Position numbers and translations under genes: made by a program | NCBI GenBank assembly: GCA_025839675.1 | Contig: CP104013.1 | Span: 1,110,001-1,142,000 of the forward strand | DNA length: 32,000 nucleotides | Direction: 5' to 3' | Source: Candidatus Lokiarchaeum ossiferum | GTDB lineage: Archaea; Asgardarchaeota; Lokiarchaeia; Sigyniarchaeales; Promethearchaeaceae | Shown here: positions 27,301-32,000 of the stretch, one piece after another | Layout of the letters: each line of letters starts with the position of its first letter | Position numbering within the stretch: the first letter of the stretch is position 1 | The notes under the pieces: model-generated | What the model was told of the DNA's origin: nothing | What the model saw: only the letters and a program-made list of their open reading frames with translations | Database searches by the model: none

Positions 27301-30128
27301 CCATAGCCATAATCCGCCGCACCATTGAGTCCATTATGTGAAATCGTATTATAATATATGGAGTTATTTATTGAGTCAGTCTCAATATAAATTCCATGAT
27401 ACTGAGTATTGCTTACATTATTGTAAAGAATTTGATTAAAACTACTTTCATCATCATAAAACATACCATAATTTCCTGACACGTTGTTATCTGAAATTTC
27501 ATTGTATTGACATTCATCAAGAAAATAAATTCCATACCGATTATTTCTCATAAATGAATTACTAATAATATAATTGAAATTACAATAATCTTGGAAATAT
27601 ATCCCATCCCACTTATTATCCGATATGACGTTTTTTTTCAAAATGTTTCCATTACAATGGGATAAAAGTGAAATACCTTGTGAATAAGAACCAATACTTT
27701 GCGAAAAAATATTATTTTCAATTAAATTATTATTACAATAATTATCAAGGTAAATTCCATCGCTATAGCTGTTCCTGGCTCTTGAAATATTGTTTCCTTG
27801 AAAATTATTGAATGAACAATATTGATTGAGGTGCACAAGATGATTTTTACTGTAAGTTATATTGCACAGAGTGAAATTATTATTGTTTGAATAATAGAGA
27901 TAAACTCCATTCAAAATTGCTCCAGTAAAATTGCAGTTAGTTATTCCAAGGTAATTTGATTTGTAAAGAAATATTCCATATTGACGATTGGTAATATCAA
28001 GATCTTCAATAATAGAATTATTTGTATTAATCAAATATAATTGACCTCCATTTGAAAAATCCTCTGGTAATAATCCATCTTCATCAACATAATAATAAAT
28101 ATATTTATTATCAACTGAATTGTTTAAATTAAAGAAATGGGTGTAATGGTTTTTGTTTGTTAGAGTTCCTTCTATGCCGAAACCAGTTTTAGTAAAATTA
28201 TTATCCTCAATAAAAAAAAATTCACATGATGAAAGATATAAACCATAATCATTGTTGTCAAAAATTTTGTTATAAGATATATTAACTTCTAAGCAACCTG
28301 TATTAAACTTAACTCCATAATATGCATTTCCACCATTTTTAGAAACCAAATTAGAATGAATTGATACATTTTTAGAAGTAGATAATTCGATTCCATGACG
28401 AGTATTTTCTGAAATGTTATTGTTGAAGATTGTTAAATTTTCTGCCAAATTATAGGATATAGCAGCTCCTGAGATTCCATATAAATTTTTATTAATTTGA
28501 TTTCTCGAGATTTCACAGTTATCAAAATATGATAAATGTATTCCTTGGCCTCCGTTGTTACTGATCTCATTTCTTGAAATATTGATATTTTGACAATAAG
28601 AAGTAAAGGAAGCTCCATAGTTCGTATTATAATTAATGCTGTTACCAACCACAGTTGTATTTATGCAATATCGATCAACATGCAATCCATCATTTTGACA
28701 ATATTTCAGATCATTTAATTCAACCGTAATATTTTCACAATAGGTATCTAAATAAATACCATAACCAGGTGACCCATAGCTATTATAATTATATCCTTGG
28801 ATACCATCGATATTATTACTCGAGATATTGCTATTTATCGTCTTATAAAAGTAAATCCCATCATAGTATGAGTCAGATATAATATTGTCGATAACTGATA
28901 TATTTTTACATTCAATCGACACAACACCGTAATCAGTATATGAAAAATCTTGATTGGAAATTATCGAATCATTACATGTTATTAAATATATTTGAGCGGC
29001 ATTTGTATAATTTAGTTCAGTTAAATTTGCGAGATTTTTAAAATAAAATATTTCCTTTCCATCCACAAAATTATCTTCGATGGTGTGGGTGTAGTATTCA
29101 ATATCAAAAGATGAACCTCTTGCCCCATATATCCCCAAACCTGATTCAGTTAAAGTATTACTTTCAATTATCAAAAAACTCGAACTTGATATTCTGATCC
29201 CAAAAATTGTACTTTCACTAATTGAATTGAAAGATATATTATTGTAATTTGAATTACTCCTGATAGATATTCCAGAATATAAGGAAGTTGAGATAGAATT
29301 ATATGTAATATTATTTTCCAAACAATTAGAAGATAGTATTATTCCATTATTATTTGCATTCGAAATGGTGTTATCTGTTATATTATTGAAATTACTACTT
29401 ATTAGATGAATTCCATCTCTTTTTGGAGTATCCATCGTGTTTTGAGTAATGTTTGATAATTCACAACCAGTTAGATGGAGTGCATCATAAACATGTTTGA
29501 ATATATTATCGAAAATGGTAATATTTTTAAAATTTGATGTTGAATAAATCCCATAATAGTTTTGTGTACTTTTACCTGTAATATTATTACTACTAATCGT
29601 AATATTTTCACATTTATCATAGAAATTTATTGCTCGGTAGTTGTCATTGAATTTGTTATTAGTTAAGATCCCATTAGTAACATTTGAAAAGAAAATACCA
29701 CCATCTCTGTAATAATATGTATATTCATATCCGATAATCTCACAATTCTGAATTATGAAATGTGATTTAGAATCATGAATATAGAGCCCTTTATAATCAT
29801 TTAATGCAAGATCTTCTAAAGTAACATTCTCAATTATATATGGATCGCCTTGAGTACCAGAACCGGAACACCAATCCTGAGATACAGCCCAAGACCAGTT
29901 TTTAGCACCAATACCCGTAGCATCTCCATCAATTTCCAAATTGGTAAACTCCCAGTTTATAGAAGATTTAGGTTGAATTTGATTTTTAAATTGTTCAAAT
30001 CCATGATCAGAACTATCGAAACGAGATTTGAAAGAATTTGCACAAAATCCAAGGATAATAACTATAGTTAGGTAGGATAAAATAAAACAATAGTGCTTTT
30101 TTAGTGATAATTTAGTAAATAATTTCAT
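24393..30128 (-). CDS. Giant (1911 aa) type-I membrane surface protein: signal, about 1050 aa of right-handed parallel beta-helix (PbH1) repeats, 5 Ig-like modules, a TM helix and a ~275-aa Lys/Ser-rich cytoplasmic tail
   Basis: PbH1-like periodicity of the type NNITxNxISxNxxxGIxL runs throughout aa ~95-1130. Five ~90-aa repeats span aa 1146-1595. The TM helix ALWWIISILAVLLAGSISTIVFLIW is at nt 25221-25295. The low-complexity K/S/E tail is at nt 24396-25220. Confidence 0.9.
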   Translation of the reverse strand: MKLFTKLSLKKHYCFILSYLTIVIILGFCANSFKSRFDSSDHGFEQFKNQIQPKSSINWEFTNLEIDGDATGIGAKNWSWAVSQDWCSGSGTQGDPYIIENVTLEDLALNDYKGLYIHDSKSHFIIQNCEIIGYEYTYYYRDGGIFFSNVTNGILTNNKFNDNYRAINFYDKCENITISSNNITGKSTQNYYGIYSTSNFKNITIFDNIFKHVYDALHLTGCELSNITQNTMDTPKRDGIHLISSNFNNITDNTISNANNNGIILSSNCLENNITYNSISTSLYSGISIRSNSNYNNISFNSISESTIFGIRISSSSFLIIESNTLTESGLGIYGARGSSFDIEYYTHTIEDNFVDGKEIFYFKNLANLTELNYTNAAQIYLITCNDSIISNQDFSYTDYGVVSIECKNISVIDNIISDSYYDGIYFYKTINSNISSNNIDGIQGYNYNSYGSPGYGIYLDTYCENITVELNDLKYCQNDGLHVDRYCINTTVVGNSINYNTNYGASFTSYCQNINISRNEISNNGGQGIHLSYFDNCEISRNQINKNLYGISGAAISYNLAENLTIFNNNISENTRHGIELSTSKNVSIHSNLVSKNGGNAYYGVKFNTGCLEVNISYNKIFDNNDYGLYLSSCEFFFIEDNNFTKTGFGIEGTLTNKNHYTHFFNLNNSVDNKYIYYYVDEDGLLPEDFSNGGQLYLINTNNSIIEDLDITNRQYGIFLYKSNYLGITNCNFTGAILNGVYLYYSNNNNFTLCNITYSKNHLVHLNQYCSFNNFQGNNISRARNSYSDGIYLDNYCNNNLIENNIFSQSIGSYSQGISLLSHCNGNILKKNVISDNKWDGIYFQDYCNFNYIISNSFMRNNRYGIYFLDECQYNEISDNNVSGNYGMFYDDESSFNQILYNNVSNTQYHGIYIETDSINNSIYYNTISHNGLNGAADYGYGIYINERSDSSFIKWNNISYNNLHGIWIDDDSDYCQILYNNISYNNQHGIFLHDLCDSNEIYNNSISFNSEYGIKVESNCDSNEIINCSISNNTAFGIYIITDCQDSLIVSNYIWNTTGIGIGLYANAISSEIYFNNFSSNGLHAVDEGFLNLWDNGTMGNYWDDFAGNDWDDDYIGNMSYYILPNGEDRFPIWWDGYNLQPKPNISSTGDVSYYFGYTGFSISWNANTTDPNYYNITRNGSIIATGLWENNIPILINIDSLQVGIYQYTCFVNSTQGDFSSDSVLVTVIRTHPIITATEDVVFNVTEFVNPIIWSVNTPLEDTALIYRNGLLIESNTSWNSDEPFIIEIADLDPGIYTFELYVNSTSNEIAYDSITITVLEPPPTISHPEDRSYIVLSLNNNITWVGTSPIPDHIKIFKDNILIFENPWNSSENIILPIDGLMPGVYLYECYLNTTTGNVVYDAVILTVLEPNMEISHPPDKSFLINQIGQNITWVGNSLIPDKVKILKDGEVIFLDNWTSSLDISIDLDGLIAGSYLYECVLNSTSGMMVYDSVVVIVLDPAPTISQPQDVVLDVNQTASTITWYGNSPNPGNVIIKQNGVIIYEGEWQSGEPIAINVNNLTVGTYLFECILVSASGVSVSDSVLIVVEDPNADIGTGDRTENRGNAALWWIISILAVLLAGSISTIVFLIWRQRNFGLYDNITPEDISKNAIDENKVILMTDSDRQILDEVSRRQEVPKSQEKKSRFSLGKLKQSSKSHQKKFYSPKDLEKPSKINGIGPESSVTKKKSIFKESKQKDMPGDSKIEKNEDKTQIIRPPRSNKVADFSNPEEKIGINTMEANNEIQIIPKKSKGDNNSSKSDSIFKEELSAAKQNLKDLANTTNLVENKIPSESENLKIENKTELQNKTMTEKKSQKRIITKEDTAFKKKISKKTSRKTQVKTAKQTVKNTKTKKSSNSNSNDHNSK
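25344..26693 (-). repeat. Five tandem ~270-nt (90-aa) Ig-like coding repeats inside the giant gene
   Basis: Each module has the shared pattern P.IS.P.D......Q..NITW.G.S..P....I..NG..I....W.S...I.I...L..G.Y.YEC.L.S..G....DSV...V.(E/D)P. Example: PPTISHPEDRSYIVLSLNNNITWVGTSPIPDHIKIF.... Confidence 0.8.
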
Positions 30129-30356
30129 AAAGCAATTTGGATCTTCTTAATATTTTAGTGTTTTTATATTTACAAATTGACAGAATTAACATATTTTAAG
30201 AGGAAACTATTCTTAGTGCTAAATTTACTTAGAATTTGAATAAATTGAAAAAAAAATTATATCAGAATTCAGTTTAGAAAGACATCTGGAAAAAGAGAAT
30301 CTAATTCAAGACACCCTACTGGGAATATTAATATTACATATCCCTACAAAAAATAT

Positions 30357-30932
30357 ATGGTAAAAAAAAAACTTGGAAATAAATATAATTTCTATGCAGC
30401 CCCTCATCCAGCGATTGTGGCAGGAACTTTTGTGAATCAGAAACCAACCTACACCCCTTTAGGAGATTTTGGCATCCTTTGTGCCTACCCGTTACACGTT
30501 TACATCGCTTCTGTACACACTCATTATTTGAATCAAGGAATTATAGACAATTTGACATTTAGTGTTAACATCCCAAATGAAGATAATTTGGAGAAATTGG
30601 ATTATGTAGGTATGGTATCGGGTCATAAAACAGATAAATCACAGGTTTTCAAATATTTTATCGGGGATCTAGAGACAGCACCCATGATTGAAGAATTTCC
30701 AGTCACTATGGAATGTAAAGTCCACAAGATAGAAAGAGTCGGACAAAATGATGTATTCATGGCAAAAGTAGAGAATATCTACGCTGATGAGATCTATATG
30801 GAAGAAGAGAAATTAAATATAGACAAAGTCAACCCGATAACGCTATTCATGGATTTAAGTTACAGAACGATAGGAAAGGTGATAGGCAGATCTTATCAAA
30901 TGGGAAAAAATTACTTAAAAAAGCATCCATAA
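30357..30932 (+). CDS. Flavin reductase-like (FMN-binding split-barrel) protein
   Basis: 191 aa. PAIVAGTFVNQKPTYTPLGDFG...FSVNIP...DKSQVF fits the flavin-reductase-like domain only loosely. Confidence 0.5.
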   Translation: MVKKKLGNKYNFYAAPHPAIVAGTFVNQKPTYTPLGDFGILCAYPLHVYIASVHTHYLNQGIIDNLTFSVNIPNEDNLEKLDYVGMVSGHKTDKSQVFKYFIGDLETAPMIEEFPVTMECKVHKIERVGQNDVFMAKVENIYADEIYMEEEKLNIDKVNPITLFMDLSYRTIGKVIGRSYQMGKNYLKKHP

Positions 30933-31002
30933 TTACTCAAGTCCTTCGACAGTAAAAAAAAAACTTAAATCATGATGACCTATATTTCACGAGGGTTAAA
31001 TT

Positions 31003-32000
31003 GTGAATAACAGAACAAAACAACTTTCTACAGTTATATCAGTATTTTTAATATTCATGGTGAGTTTCTCTTCACTTTCATCAAATGGAATATCAAAAAT
31101 AGAGCAAGATGATTTATTGCCAAAATCACAAGCTGCAGCAACATTTGATTTTACTTTTCCTGAAATTGGAGGGCATGCAGATTATTCTGGTAAATCTAAT
31201 GGAGATTATCTCAAGCTTTATGTTATGGTTGCTTCCCCATCAGGATCAATGCCCGATTTAGTTTATGCTATGATGAATAATGAAAAATATGAATTATCAC
31301 CCATGTTTATTGATCCAGGACGAAATACACTTTCACTTCTTCCAAACGATATAAAATCGGGAATTTATTTTGGAACGGTCTTGGGAAATTTACCAGATAA
31401 TAATTATACTTGTCAATTTTTTGTAGAACTCGGCACTAATGTCAAATCAACGAATTCTACATTCAATGCAAATGTATCCATCCCACTTCCGGATAATGTA
31501 TTTGATCCAATAAGTTATTCTACAGGAAGAACTAAGCTGTACACTAACACTTATAGATTCACTTTTACTCATTTAAATCCTTGTGTAGACGTGCAAAGTG
31601 TCGCAGTTACAATTAATGGTACATCCGAGGAAATGAATTGGGATAAATATGAAGAAGAATTCTTTTTCATCAAAGATTTTGGATTAGATACTAATAGTAC
31701 TTATCTCTATAACATGACTATGGTAATTGGAGGCATTTCTAACACAACTCGCAATCGAACTTTTACAATTTTACCAAAACCTTATGAATTTCAGAATATG
31801 TGGGGAATGGTGACTGATTATGGATGTGAGGCAGATACAAAATACGTCTATTTTGAGTGCAGTAATTGGGAAGATCAAGAACCTGAAGATATTATACTAC
31901 AAGTGAATAATGTGAATACCACCTTGAAATGGAAAATCGAGCCCATTTATAAGACCTATGCAGATGGAACATGTTATAAAGAGATAATTGATTGGAGAAA
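31003..32000 (+). CDS. Secreted hypothetical protein (first 332 codons; the CDS runs off the right window edge)
   Basis: GAGGG lies 8 nt upstream of a GTG at 31003. The N-terminus (M)NNRTKQLSTVISVFLIFMVSFSSLSSNG is signal-peptide-like. The frame is open to 32000 and has many N-x-S/T sequons. It is missing from the ORF track because there is no in-window stop. Confidence 0.6.
   Translation, partial: MNNRTKQLSTVISVFLIFMVSFSSLSSNGISKIEQDDLLPKSQAAATFDFTFPEIGGHADYSGKSNGDYLKLYVMVASPSGSMPDLVYAMMNNEKYELSPMFIDPGRNTLSLLPNDIKSGIYFGTVLGNLPDNNYTCQFFVELGTNVKSTNSTFNANVSIPLPDNVFDPISYSTGRTKLYTNTYRFTFTHLNPCVDVQSVAVTINGTSEEMNWDKYEEEFFFIKDFGLDTNSTYLYNMTMVIGGISNTTRNRTFTILPKPYEFQNMWGMVTDYGCEADTKYVYFECSNWEDQEPEDIILQVNNVNTTLKWKIEPIYKTYADGTCYKEIIDWR

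Noticed and set aside
24574-29999. ORF-track entries inside or antisense to the giant gene (24574-24858, 24675-24947, 25168-25422, 26591-26836, 27002-27334, 28433-28648, 29850-30071).
   Set aside because: All are nested in the 1911-aa CDS, which has coherent repeat and domain structure along its whole length. Their translations are low-complexity frame shadows typical of AT-rich repetitive coding DNA.
30972-30978. AUGAUGA (C-box-like) between the flavin-reductase-like gene and the next CDS, considered as a C/D-box sRNA.
   Set aside because: No downstream CUGA D box or C'/D' elements occur at an appropriate distance. The site lies just upstream of the RBS of the next gene.

Overview
This is an AT-rich, gene-dense window with about 30 protein genes and no rRNA, tRNA, CRISPR array, transposase or integrase. 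I read it as archaeal chromosome. It has a clear archaeal histone-fold gene (12576-12794), TTTATATA-type TATA boxes, GGAG(G) ribosome-binding sites and PGF-CTERM-like C-terminal anchors. An Asgard/Loki-like origin is my inference only.

Contents from left to right:
- a truncated SGNH-like hydrolase and an M28 peptidase
- a convergent pair of bacterial-type lipid genes (PlsC-like acyltransferase and GpsA G3P dehydrogenase)
- an EamA transporter
- a secreted SBBP beta-propeller protein flanked by ~230-bp direct repeats
- a PRX_like2 redoxin whose active-site codon is an in-frame TGA (candidate selenoprotein with a 3' UTR hairpin)
- a membrane protein / TetR / Old-Yellow-Enzyme operon with a double-palindrome operator
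- the histone and an orphan sensor histidine kinase
- a flavodoxin/2x[4Fe-4S] protein and several secreted or membrane proteins
- an acyltransferase-3 and an MBL-fold hydrolase
- five tandem 18-24-codon mini-ORFs encoding one peptide family, directly upstream of a NadE-like PP-loop ATPase
- a 1911-aa beta-helix/Ig-like surface protein and a flavin-reductase-like protein
- a truncated secreted protein at the right edge

Most interesting: the tandem mini-peptide array with its PP-loop neighbour, the UxxC selenoprotein candidate with a SECIS-like hairpin, an IPGYS-type C-terminal sorting signal shared by three ORFs, and gpsA/plsC next to an archaeal histone.

All functional calls come from hand-recognised motifs. 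No database search was run.
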